Shown in pieces: positions 23,700 to 35,768 of a stretch of 64,000 nucleotides of DNA. The stretch's first letter is position 1, and each line of letters opens with the position of its first letter. Origin of the DNA: Psammoneis japonica (taxonomy: Eukaryota); the NCBI GenBank assembly GCA_008632985.1, contig QPGO01000063.1, forward strand, positions 124,001 through 188,000, written 5' to 3'. A model generated the notes under the pieces. That model did not search any database. It was not told the origin of the DNA and was given only the letters and a program-made list of their open reading frames with translations. Position numbers and translations under genes: made by a program.

Positions 23700-24300
23700 T
23701 TGCACGATTGTGTTTCGTCGTTGCTCTGGATTGTGTTCTGACGGTTTGAACGAGTTTTCACAAGCCGAACGGCGGAAATTTGTCGTTACTCCCCTCGTAT
23801 GTCTCGCTGTAGCTTCTACGACTACTGCGGCAATCCTTGTCGGGATACTCGCCTCTCGTATGTCTTACAGTAGGGGCCCTAGATTCTACGACATGGTGGC
23901 GGATCTTTCTGTTCGCGTGCGCGATCTCCAGGAAAAAATGAGAGCGGCCATAGCCCATCTCTCGACAGAACAGGATACTTCTACTAGGAAGCAAAACAAC
24001 CTGCTTCCACCTGGATATCGAATACAACCAGAAACAATCAAGGGAATTGTGCATGTTAGTCAGGATTTCGACGTAGCTACCCGTACATTGTCGCACACAA
24101 AGAGGCTAACTCACTCTTTTGCTCGAGATAACCCTCGGTATTCTTTATCAATTCAACATAATATCAAATTGCTGCTTTCTTTGGAGACAGAACCCGCTCA
24201 CTGAACCTTGACTAGAGAATTCAAGATCGATAAGACGATACTGCGACAGCGCCGTTCAGTTCATCTTCGCTGACATTCCTACAAGAAGAATCCATTGATA

Positions 24301-26917
24301 CTATGGATACTCATCTTCGTACTTGCAGATTGTCTCCCCGATTATGACAAACAGTTCGGCAGTCCCGGCGCGCATGCCACTCTTAATCTGGCGGCTGACC
24401 ATTGGCGGGCCATTTGGAAATTCTGCTTCAGTGGAGCATACCAAACGACAAGTATCATTCCCAGTGTTAGTGATGACGTACTGGGTCCACGCAATGAATG
24501 TTCCACCGTACGGAACATCGGGCGTTCGTGTCCTCTTCTTCAAGCAAAAGCAGTGATCATCGTAAACAGTAATCATTGCCGTTTCAAATGCAGTGTTCGC
24601 CTTCACAAAAGCTGACTTTGGCATGAGGTAACTGCAAAAAGCGCGAGACGGCGTAAGAACAAGTGTTAGAACCGCGATTTCATGTCCAAACAACAATGAA
24701 TCGCTGCAATTACGCACTCTGACTCGATTTCTGCTCCAACCAAATCTTCGTTGCTGACTCCAGCAGGAAGTTCGGGAAGTCCAATCTCCTCATTGTGTTG
24801 TGACCATTCTCCGGTGTTGATACTATTGGGCGAGAGCGCAATGCATAAAACGTTGGTTAGACGACAGACAACAGCGACATCCGAAAAACACCGAGAAACA
24901 ATGACGCGCTTACTTTTCGTATTTCGCTTCTTGCTTCCAGACAGCTTCTGTGATAAAAGACGAGGAATGGTGCAAAATCGCCCAGCGAAGACGTCGGAAC
25001 CCAACTGGAAGGTCAATCTCAAGTCCGACCATTTCCAAGTTCTCCGGAGGTTCAAATCCTGGCGGTGGAGTCGGAGGGCCCTTGTCGAACTTGATTGCAG
25101 GACCAAGAAGCGGTCCCAGAATTGCGCCTCCGCACCTTCTTCCACCTCAAGACGTTTTTGCTTCAAAGTGCGATCATCGGCACGTAGTTCTCGCAGCGCA
25201 GAGAGCATAAATGAAGCCTGAAATTTCGCAACTTCCACTTTGATTTCCATTTCCATACCCTTCTGTTCAACATAGGAAAAAATCTCTTTTTGCGGAAACA
25301 GGCGACAAGCAACGTTAGCGTGGCCTGCGCAAAGAGTTATCGAGAGATAGGGAGAACAATCGCCGGTCTTGCAATACTCACCATCGGTCACTGAAGTCAG
25401 AATGTACTTCCGCATGGTAGATGGAATCATGAGATACATAATGGAGCAAAGTGGCACAGACACGATCCAGTGCACATGATAGAGCCAGGCAAGGCATTGG
25501 GCAATGACTTCAAACTTTGTCAGGTGCAAGAGGCGGTACATACGCTGCATCCACATTCTCACCACGCCCAACTTCTTTTCGGGTTCGTCAGCTTCGTCCT
25601 GTTTATCTTGCGAACGCTTTTCCTCTCGTAGCTTCTTTTTGAGCCTCCATTCCCTTCGTCGTTTCGTAACCATTCTATTCGTGAATCGAATAAGCTTGAT
25701 CCAGTCAATCTTCTGAACATTGACTGCCAAGACGAAGAATGCACCCACTCTGTATTCAATTTCAGTCTCGATTTCAACGCCACGTCTCTTCAAGTGAGGT
25801 TCCATCAATCTACAAGCGCAAACAAGAAAACGGCAAGGGCGGTGGGAATAGGTTTAGCTTGGCTTTAACACCAACGCGATCAAAAAATATACGTCACGAC
25901 GTACCGATACAAATCATTCGACAGCTGTACAGAATTCGCCGAGGCGTAAAGTCACTTTGCAGCGCCATACCCGCCAATCGAACCACGCCAGACAGCGCAA
26001 TGGCTCGAAACTTTTCAAACCGACCCTCCTCGTTTTCGTCGGGTGACGAAGTTTGCGCTTCCCACCGCACCTTGGCAAGCCGGTGCAATTCGTTTTCCAC
26101 AACTCGCGGGGGATTCTTGACAATGACATTCACGTAGAGGGTCTTGTCATCGTGCACACTGTCCCCCGAATCCTTGACCCTTGCCTTTGTTGGTTCGGAA
26201 GTATTGATCTAGAAATCCCGAGCGCTCATCGCCCTACTTGATGAGTTCGTAGGCTTCGGCAAATTTGTTTTGCACACGCGACAAGACGCCCTTGCGGTTG
26301 ATGCCAAAACCAATGCCCTTGAGTTTCTCTTGTTCTCGTTCCCTCTGCAACAAGACGCCATAATAGTGCTTGTCTGCTGCCAAGAGTGACAACGCTCGTT
26401 CCGATTCAATGCCACCAAATGCCGAACGACGGGATTGTTCTCGACTTGGAACGGTGCTCGAGTTCGTCATTGCGACACTGGGTGCCACACCATTGGTGAG
26501 TTGATTTTCGTTCACATCCGAAGAGACACTGTGAAAGTCATCGTTGAAGGATTCAGGGGCGACGAAAATCCATTTTCCTGAATGAGGCTATTTCGAAACG
26601 AAGGAAAAAAGGATGCAGCTTCCAATTCTGCTAGGGACATTGCCGCAGCGGCTGGTGTCTTGAGATAGGTGGGACTCTCTGGGGCCAACTCAAGTCGTGA
26701 AATCGCATCCAGAATGCACGAACGAACTATAAGCCTTGAAACAACACCCACAAATTCAAGCATCCTGCATACCAGCCGTGGCACTCCAATACGATTCCGA
26801 CAGTCTAAACAGTCCGCTGCTTGCACAAGTACTGGCAGAGGACGACGAGGAGGAGCTCTTCTTGTTTTTTCGCAGCTTGAAGATTCTCCTCTTCTTCTTG
26901 CTCATTCCCGAGACGGT
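24301..26917 (-). pseudogene. 5'-truncated duplicate of the VASt gene (copy A)
   Basis: Homologous to 35769-38539, with nonsense changes (~26209, ~26236, ~26757) and internal deletions. The 3' exons are largely intact. Confidence 0.85.
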
Positions 26918-27618
26918 TGGTGCAAATTAAACGATAGACGGGATCCAGATAATCCAACAAGCGGTCCGTGTTGTTTGAATGATCGTTGCCCTCACCAGAG
27001 GCATCGTCACTGCCGTGAACACACCGGCCATACCAGCCATGGCGAAGCGGTTCCGGAACTTGGGTCCACACCTTGTCTTGAACGAGTTGTACAGTGTCCG
27101 GGTCGAGTTCCAAAACTTGCTTGGGAGCCAAGGGAGGAACATCAAATCCCAAAAGCCTCGCGTGACTTGGATGCTGTCTGAAGCTGTTGTCGTTGTTTCT
27201 GTTGTTCAGGCTGCTGTTGTTATGGCGGCCGCGGATAAGGAGGAGGAGGAGGAGGCATTGGTATGTGCCCCAAAATAAGTGGAAAAGCAGGCTGATGAAC
27301 CATGATGGGTGCCACGGGAGGATACTGAAACGTGTTCCACTGCTGATGCATAACTTGACCCATTGCTATCACATTTGTTGCTATTGGTCGTGATTGAATC
27401 GCCGTATTATTGTTGCTACTGTTTCTTACGTTGTTGTACACCAACTGCTGCTGCTGCTGTTTGTACGAAACACTCGGAGTCGGCGCTGCTTCTGTTGCAC
27501 TTCCGCTTGATCCTTGTGTCGATTGAACAGTTCTAGAAGAATCAGGAGCTTGTACGGAGGACTCGGGTGGTAGACCTGGTGGCGGTTGTTCGCCGTTGCC
27601 GCTTGGCGGTGTCGCCAT
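26912..27618 (-). pseudogene. Duplicated 5' part of the PHD gene fused to the VASt fragment (chimera A)
   Basis: MATPPSGNGE start, CAA>TAA stop at 27220, and a ~370-bp deletion relative to ~21080-21450. Confidence 0.85.
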
Positions 27619-28466
27619 GGTCTATGGGTTCTTGCTGAAAAATGCCGCACTCCGAACTGCCGGGAAAAAGATGTGGTGAAACAGGTACTTGTTCTACGTA
27701 GGTTTCTACGTAGTTGTTTGGAGGGAACCCGGAACTTTGGTTCTAGCTGTCTCTCTACTACCATACTTAGAAGTACCGTGCTCTCTACACTCTTGGGTAG
27801 ACCTCTCTCTCTAGTAGTAGCTAGAGAGCTACTCTCTCTACTATTCATAGCAGCTAGTAGAATAGAGAGTGGATCAGCTATTCTAGCTGCTGTAGAGTAG
27901 AGCCCCACCAGTATCGTAGCTCTAGCTCTAGAGGACACGTTTTGGCTTCCGGCATGAAAAAATTGAAAATGTCACATCGCTCGATAATTTGTTGAGCCTT
28001 TTAGCATTGTAGAGAGAACAGGCTGTCACAAAAGCTGTAAGCTACAGGATAGAGATCTACTGCACATGGCAACACAACAATCAGTGTTAGCCAGGTTGTT
28101 GCTCTCGCAAGCTGTTCGCTCGGCAGCTCCCTCTAGAGAGAGACCAGTCTTGAGCTTTCAGTTCTTTAGATAAACAAGGCCTACATTACGACCGTATTGT
28201 ACACGAAGAAAGGCAAGGATCAATGAAAACTAAACGATTATGTATGTGGAACGAAACTGACCCAAAACATTTGGATAGCAAAGAGAAGAAGCGGTTGATT
28301 TGTTGCCAAAAATTACGATGATATAATCAAGGAGGACAGCCATTGTAATTGTACTGGATTTAGAGAAACAAAGAAACTGTTTGACTGTAATAATCATTAT
28401 TCTAAAACACAAGCACTTGTTCGGCTACGTCATGTAAGGCATCTGCGAATTGAAACACCGGTCCAC

Positions 28467-29423
28467 TTACTTCCCGCCTTCCGACTGTCCATCCTGATTG
28501 GCTGCGATCTTGTTCAGCTTTTCAAGGATTTGCCCGTTCTGCGCTTGGGTTTGCTCGTTCTGCGCTTTCAGGAAATCATTCTGCGCCTTCACGAAATCAA
28601 TCTCTTTCTTCACGAAATCAATCTCTTTCTTCAGGTTAGTATGAGCCTCCTGGTTTTCTTTCCTCACCTTTGCGAACTCTTCCTTCACTTCCTTTCTCGT
28701 GCTGAAGAAGACGGTGACGGTAGCCAATGGCGATACAACTTTTGCGATGAGTCCACAAATTGTTCCTCCAAAGCTCAAAATTTGTGCGACGGTATACACA
28801 CCGATGCCGATAATGGGAATGGAAAAATTGCAGCACTGTTCGTCCGCCGTTTCCTCTTCCTCTTCCTCGTCGTCGTCATTCGGAGCTGTGTCGGTCGCCG
28901 GTACAGCCGTTTCGATGCCAACGGTAGTTGAAAACTGGCTCGAAGACGCGGTGCGAGTGGAGTTCGCGTCCTCGTCTTCCTTCTTGATGCCGCCCTCGGT
29001 AGCTTTTCCGTCCCCGAGCGAAGGTGGAGAAGTGGCATCCTCTGCTAGGGTGCTGGAAGATGCATTGCTTGATTCTTCAAGAGTAACGGCAGGATGCTCT
29101 TCTTCTTCTTCTTGAGGAGGAACCACGAAAACAGCAGCAGGTGGGCGCGAACCATCGTCACCCCCAGTTGCTGTAGGAGCAAGAGTCATGCTGGGACTAT
29201 TCTCTTTTCCAGGCTTTGGTGGATTCAAAGTAGCGTTAGACGTTCGAAACAAGTCGGATTCGTTCAGAGTCTTTTCGATGGCAACAAGAGGGGATCGGCG
29301 AGTCGTCGTCCCCGCTTCGGCACGTGCTGGAGAAGACCTCGCTTGCAACTTAGAATCCCCGAAGCGTGGGAACGGCTTCGCATACAAAGGCTTCCTTGCG
29401 TTTACGTGATTTTCCTTGTTCAT
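28467..29423 (-). CDS. Orphan family X, copy 2 (recombinant of copies 1 and 3)
   Basis: Intact ORF; the 5' part matches copy 1 and the 3' part matches copy 3. Confidence 0.75.
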   Translation of the reverse strand: MNKENHVNARKPLYAKPFPRFGDSKLQARSSPARAEAGTTTRRSPLVAIEKTLNESDLFRTSNATLNPPKPGKENSPSMTLAPTATGGDDGSRPPAAVFVVPPQEEEEEHPAVTLEESSNASSSTLAEDATSPPSLGDGKATEGGIKKEDEDANSTRTASSSQFSTTVGIETAVPATDTAPNDDDEEEEEETADEQCCNFSIPIIGIGVYTVAQILSFGGTICGLIAKVVSPLATVTVFFSTRKEVKEEFAKVRKENQEAHTNLKKEIDFVKKEIDFVKAQNDFLKAQNEQTQAQNGQILEKLNKIAANQDGQSEGGK

Positions 29424-30023
29424 TTGCACGATTGTGTTTCGTCGTTGCTCTGGATTGTGTTCTGACGGTTTGAACGAGTTTTCACAAGCCGAACGGCGGA
29501 AATTTGTCGTTACTCCCCTCGTATGTCTCGCTGTAGCTTCTACGACTACTGCGGCAATCCTTGTCGGGATACTCGCCTCTCGTATGTCTTACAGTAGGGG
29601 CCCTAGATTCTACGACATGGTGGCGGATCTTTCTGTTCGCGTGCGCGATCTCCAGGAAAAAATGAGAGCGGCCATAGCCCATCTCTCGACAGAACAGGAT
29701 ACTTCTACTAGGAAGCAAAACAACCTGCTTCCACCTGGATATCGAATACAACCAGAAACAATCAAGGGAATTGTGCATGTTAGTCAGGATTTCGACGTAG
29801 CTACCCGTACATTGTCGCACACAAGAGGCTAACTCACTCTTTTGCTCGAGATAACCCTCGGTATTCTTTATCAATTCAACATAATATCAAATTGCTGCTT
29901 TCTTTGGAGACAGAACCCGCTCACTGAACCTTGACTAGAGAATTCAAGATCGATAAGACGATACTGCGACAGCGCCGTTCAGTTCATCTTCGCTGACATT
30001 CCTACAAGAAGAATCCATTGATA

Positions 30024-32639
30024 CTATGGATACTCATCTTCGTACTTGCAGATTGTCTCCCCGATTATGACAAACAGTTCGGCAGTCCCGGCGCGCATGC
30101 CACTCTTAATCTGGCGGCTGACCATTGGCGGGCCATTTGGAAATTCTGCTTCAGTGGAGCATACCAAACGACAAGTATCATTCCCAGTGTTAGTGATGAC
30201 GTACTGGGTCCACGCAATGAATGTTCCACCGTACGGAACATCGGGCGTTCGTGTCCTCTTCTTCAAGCAAAAGCAGTGATCATCGTAAACAGTAATCATT
30301 GCCGTTTCAAATGCAGTGTTCGCCTTCACAAAAGCTGACTTTGGCATGAGGTAACTGCAAAAGCGCGAGACGGCGTAAGAACAAGTGTTAGAACCGCGAT
30401 TTCATGTCCAAACAACAATGAATCGCTGCAATTACGCACTCTGACTCGATTTCTGCTCCAACCAAATCTTCGTTGCTGACTCCAGCAGGAAGTTCGGGAA
30501 GTCCAATCTCCTCATTGTGTTGTGACCATTCTCCGGTGTTGATACTATTGGGCGAGAGCGCAATGCATAAAACGTTGGTTAGACGACAGACAACAGCGAC
30601 ATCCGAAAAACACCGAGAAACAATGACGCGCTTACTTTTCGTATTTCGCTTCTTGCTTCCAGACAGCTTCTGTGATAAAAGACGAGGAATGGTGCAAAAT
30701 CGCCCAGCGAAGACGTCGGAACCCAACTGGAAGGTCAATCTCAAGTCCGACCATTTCCAAGTTCTCCGGAGGTTCAAATCCTGGCGGTGGAGTCGGAGGG
30801 CCCTTGTCGAACTTGATTGCAGGACCAAGAAGCGGTCCCAGAATTGCGCCCTCCGCACCTTCTTCCACCTCAAGACGTTTTTGCTTCAAAGTGCGATCAT
30901 CGGCACGTAGTTCTCGCAGCGCAGAGAGCATAAATGAAGCCTGAAATTTCGCAACTTCCACTTTGATTTCCATTTCCATACCCTTCTGTTCAACATAGGA
31001 AAAAATCTCTTTTTGCGGAAACAGGCGACAAGCAACGTTAGCGTGGCCTGCGCAAAGAGTTATCGAGAGATAGGGAGAACAATCGCCGGTCTTGCAATAC
31101 TCACCATCGGTCACTGAAGTCAGAATGTACTTCCGCATGGTAGATGGAATCATGAGATACATAATGGAGCAAAGTGGCACAGACACGATCCAGTGCACAT
31201 GATAGAGCCAGGCAAGGCATTGGGCAATGACTTCAAACTTTGTCAGGTGCAAGAGGCGGTACATACGCTGCATCCACATTCTCACCACGCCCAACTTCTT
31301 TTCGGGTTCGTCAGCTTCGTCCTGTTTATCTTGCGAACGCTTTTCCTCTCGTAGCTTCTTTTTGAGCCTCCATTCCCTTCGTCGTTTCGTAACCATTCTA
31401 TTCGTGAATCGAATAAGCTTGATCCAGTCAATCTTCTGAACATTGACTGCCAAGACGAAGAATGCACCCACTCTGTATTCAATTTCAGTCTCGATTTCAA
31501 CGCCACGTCTCTTCAAGTGAGGTTCCATCAATCTACAAGCGCAAACAAGAAAACGGCAAGGGCGGTGGGAATAGGTTTAGCTTGGCTTTAACACCAACGC
31601 GATCAAAAAATATACGTCACGACGTACCGATACAAATCATTCGACAGCTGTACAGAATTCGCCGAGGCGTAAAGTCACTTTGCAGCGCCATACCCGCCAA
31701 TCGAACCACGCCAGACAGCGCAATGGCTCGAAACTTTTCAAACCGACCCTCCTCGTTTTCGTCGGGTGACGAAGTTTGCGCTTCCCACCGCACCTTGGCA
31801 AGCCGGTGCAATTCGTTTTCCACAACTCGCGGGGGATTCTTGACAATGACATTCACGTAGAGGGTCTTGTCATCGTGCACACTGTCCCCCGAATCCTTGA
31901 CCCTTGCCTTTGTTGGTTCGGAAGTATTGATCTAGAAATCCCGAGCGCTCATCGCCCTACTTGATGAGTTCGTAGGCTTCGGCAAATTTGTTTTGCACAC
32001 GCGACAAGACGCCCTTGCGGTTGATGCCAAAACCAATGCCCTTGAGTTTCTCTTGTTCTCGTTCCCTCTGCAACAAGACGCCATAATAGTGCTTGTCTGC
32101 TGCCAAGAGTGACAACGCTCGTTCCGATTCAATGCCACCAAATGCCGAACGACGGGATTGTTCTCGACTTGGAACGGTGCTCGAGTTCGTCATTGCGACA
32201 CTGGGTGCCACACCATTGGTGAGTTGATTTTCGTTCACATCCGAAGAGACACTGTGAAAGTCATCGTTGAAGGATTCAGGGGCGACGAAAATCCATTTTC
32301 CTGAATGAGGCTATTTCGAAACGAAGGAAAAAAGGATGCAGCTTCCAATTCTGCTAGGGACATTGCCGCAGCGGCTGGTGTCTTGAGATAGGTGGGACTC
32401 TCTGGGGCCAACTCAAGTCGTGAAATCGCATCCAGAATGCACGAACGAACTATAAGCCTTGAAACAACACCCACAAATTCAAGCATCCTGCATACCAGCC
32501 GTGGCACTCCAATACGATTCCGACAGTCTAAACAGTCCGCTGCTTGCACAAGTACTGGCAGAGGACGACGAGGAGGAGCTCTTCTTGTTTTTCGCAGCTT
32601 GAAGATTCTCCTCTTCTTCTTGCTCATTCCCGAGACGGT
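30024..32639 (-). pseudogene. 5'-truncated duplicate of the VASt gene (copy B)
   Basis: Near-identical to 24301-26917, with the same stops and deletions. Confidence 0.85.
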
Positions 32640-33339
32640 TGGTGCAAATTAAACGATAGACGGGATCCAGATAATCCAACAAGCGGTCCGTGTTGTTTGA
32701 ATGATCGTTGCCCTCACCAGAGGCATCGTCACTGCCGTGAACACACCGGCCATACCAGCCATGGCGAAGCGGTTCCGGAACTTGGGTCCACACCTTGTCT
32801 TGAACGAGTTGTACAGTGTCCGGGTCGAGTTCCAAAACTTGCTTGGGAGCCAAGGGAGGAACATCAAATCCCAAAAGCCTCGCGTGACTTGGATGCTGTC
32901 TGAAGCTGTTGTCGTTGTTTCTGTTGTTCAGGCTGCTGTTGTTATGGCGGCCGCGGATAAGGAGGAGGAGGAGGAGGCATTGGTATGTGCCCCAAAATAA
33001 GTGGAAAGCAGGCTGATGAACCATGATGGGTGCCACGGGAGGATACTGAAACGTGTTCCACTGCTGATGCATAACTTGACCCATTGCTATCACATTTGTT
33101 GCTATTGGTCGTGATTGAATCGCCGTATTATTGTTGCTACTGTTTCTTACGTTGTTGTACACCAACTGCTGCTGCTGCTGTTTGTACGAAACACTCGGAG
33201 TCGGCGCTGCTTCTGTTGCACTTCCGCTTGATCCTTGTGTCGATTGAACAGTTCTAGAAGAATCAGGAGCTTGTACGGAGGACTCGGGTGGTAGACCTGG
33301 TGGCGGTTGTTCGCCGTTGCCGCTTGGCGGTGTCGCCAT
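32479..33339 (-). pseudogene. PHD-5'/VASt chimera B (286-aa ORF as assembled)
   Basis: ORF runs from the PHD N-terminus across the GACGGT junction (32634-32639) into the VASt frame and ends at a TGG>TGA stop. Confidence 0.6.
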
Positions 33340-34187
33340 GGTCTATGGGTTCTTGCTGAAAAATGCCGCACTCCGAACTGCCGGGAAAAAGATGTGGTGA
33401 AACAGGTACTTGTTCTACGTAGGTTTCTACGTAGTTGTTTGGAGGGAACCCGGAACTTTGGTTCTAGCTGTCTCTCTACTACCATACTTAGAAGTACCGT
33501 GCTCTCTACACTCTTGGGTAGACCTCTCTCTCTAGTAGTAGCTAGAGAGCTACTCTCTCTACTATTCATAGCAGCTAGTAGAATAGAGAGTGGATCAGCT
33601 ATTCTAGCTGCTGTAGAGTAGAGCCCCACCAGTATCGTAGCTCTAGCTCTAGAGGACACGTTTTGGCTTCCGGCATGAAAAAATTGAAAATGTCACATCG
33701 CTCGATAATTTGTTGAGCCTTTTAGCATTGTAGAGAGAACAGGCTGTCACAAAAGCTGTAAGCTACAGGATAGAGATCTACTGCACATGGCAACACAACA
33801 ATCAGTGTTAGCCAGGTTGTTGCTCTCGCAAGCTGTTCGCTCGGCAGCTCCCTCTAGAGAGAGACCAGTCTTGAGCTTTCAGTTCTTTAGATAAACAAGG
33901 CCTACATTACGACCGTATTGTACACGAAGAAAGGCAAGGATCAATGAAAACTAAACGATTATGTATGTGGAACGAAACTGACCCAAAACATTTGGATAGC
34001 AAAGAGAAGAAGCGGTTGATTTGTTGCCAAAAATTACGATGATATAATCAAGGAGGACAGCCATTGTAATTGTACTGGATTTAGAGAAACAAAGAAACTG
34101 TTTGACTGTAATAATCATTATTCTAAAACACAAGCACTTGTTCGGCTACGTCATGTAAGGCATCTGCGAATTGAAACACCGGTCCAC

Positions 34188-35141
34188 TTACTTCCCGCCT
34201 TCCGACTGTCCATCCTGATTGGCTGCGATCTTGTTCAGCTTTTCAAGGATTTGCCCGTTCTGCGCTTGGGTTTGCTCGTTCTGCGCTTTCAGGAAATCAT
34301 TCTGCGCCTTCACGAAATCAATCTCTTTCTTCACGAAATCAATCTCTTTCTTCAGGTTAGTATGAGCCTCCTGGTTTTCTTTCCTCACCTTTGCGAACTC
34401 TTCCTTCACTTCCTTTCTCGTGCTGAAGAAGACGGTGACGGTAGCCAATGGCGATACAACTTTTGCGATGAGTCCACAAATTGTTCCTCCAAAGCTCAAA
34501 ATTTGTGCGACGGTATACACACCGATGCCGATAATGGGAATGGAAAAATTGCAGCACTGTTCGTCCGCCGTTTCCTCTTCCTCTTCCTCGTCGTCGTCAT
34601 TCGGAGCTGTGTCGGTCGCCGGTACAGCCGTTTCGATGCCAACGGTAGTTGAAAACTGGCTCGAAGACGCGGTGCGAGTGGAGTTCGCGTCCTCGTCTTC
34701 CTTCTTGATGCCGCCCTCGGTAGCTTTTCCGTCCCCGAGCGAAGGTGGAGAAGTGGCATCCTCTGCTAGGGTGCTGGAAGATGCATTGCTTGATTCTTCA
34801 AGAGTAACGGCAGGATGCTCTTCTTCTTCTTGAGGAGGAACCACGAAAACAGCAGCAGGTGGGCGCAAACCATCGTCACCCCCAGTTGCCGTAGGAGCAA
34901 GAGTCATGCTGAGCCTATTCTCTTTTCCAGGCTTTGGTGGATTCAAAGTAGCGTTAGACGTTCGAAACAAGTCGGATTCGTTCAGAGTCTTTTCGATGGC
35001 AACAAGAGGGGATCGGCGAGTCGTCGTCCCCGCTTCGGCACGTACTGGAGAAGACCTCGCTTGCAACTTAGAATCCCCGAAGCGTGGGAACGACTTCGCA
35101 TACAAAGGCTTCCTTGCGTTTATGTGATTTTCCTTGTTCAT
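34188..35141 (-). CDS. Orphan family X, copy 3
   Basis: Intact 317-aa ORF. Confidence 0.75.
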   Translation of the reverse strand: MNKENHINARKPLYAKSFPRFGDSKLQARSSPVRAEAGTTTRRSPLVAIEKTLNESDLFRTSNATLNPPKPGKENRLSMTLAPTATGGDDGLRPPAAVFVVPPQEEEEHPAVTLEESSNASSSTLAEDATSPPSLGDGKATEGGIKKEDEDANSTRTASSSQFSTTVGIETAVPATDTAPNDDDEEEEEETADEQCCNFSIPIIGIGVYTVAQILSFGGTICGLIAKVVSPLATVTVFFSTRKEVKEEFAKVRKENQEAHTNLKKEIDFVKKEIDFVKAQNDFLKAQNEQTQAQNGQILEKLNKIAANQDGQSEGGK

Positions 35142-35768
35142 TTACACGATTGTGTTTCGTCGTTGCTCTGGATTGTGTTCTGACGGTTTGAACGAGTTTT
35201 CACAGGCCGAACGGCGGAAATTTGTCGTTACTCCCCTCGTATGTCTCGCTGTAGCTTCTACGACTACTGCGGTAATCCTTGTCGGGGTACTCGCCTCTCG
35301 TATGTCTTACAGTAGATTCTACGACATGGTGGCGGATCTTTCTGTTCGCGAATCGAAGAGCGAAACTGCGCGGCGCGCGCGATCTCCAGGAAAAGATGAG
35401 AGCGGCCGCATTTTTTGAGCATAGCCCATCTCTCGAGAGAACAGGATACTTCTACTAGTAAGCAAAACAACCTGCTTCCGCCTGGATATCGAATACAACC
35501 AGAAACAATCAAGGGAATTGTGCATGTTAGTCAGGATTTCGATGCAACTACCCGTACATTGTCGCACACAAAGAGGAGAACTCACTCTTTTCCTCGAGAA
35601 AACCCTCAGTATTCTTTATCAATTCAACATAATATCAAATTGCTTTCTTTGGTGACAGAAACTGCTCACTGAACCTTGACTAGAGAATTCAAGATCGATA
35701 AGACGATACTGCGACAGCGCCGTTCGGTTCATCTTCGCTGACATTCCTACAAGAAGAATCCATTGATA

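Larger units (their letters stand above)
23140..34815. repeat. Recent near-identical ~5.72-kb tandem duplication inside an older duplication (overall ~20825-38539)
   Basis: Sequence recurs at an offset of about 5721-5724 (e.g. 24301/30024, 27618/33339, 28467/34188). The differences seen are 1-nt homopolymer indels. Confidence 0.95.

Noticed and set aside
23692..24204. 170-aa + strand ORF upstream of family X
   Set aside because: The frame is not preserved in the paralogous copies (29416, 35134) and has no recognisable motifs.
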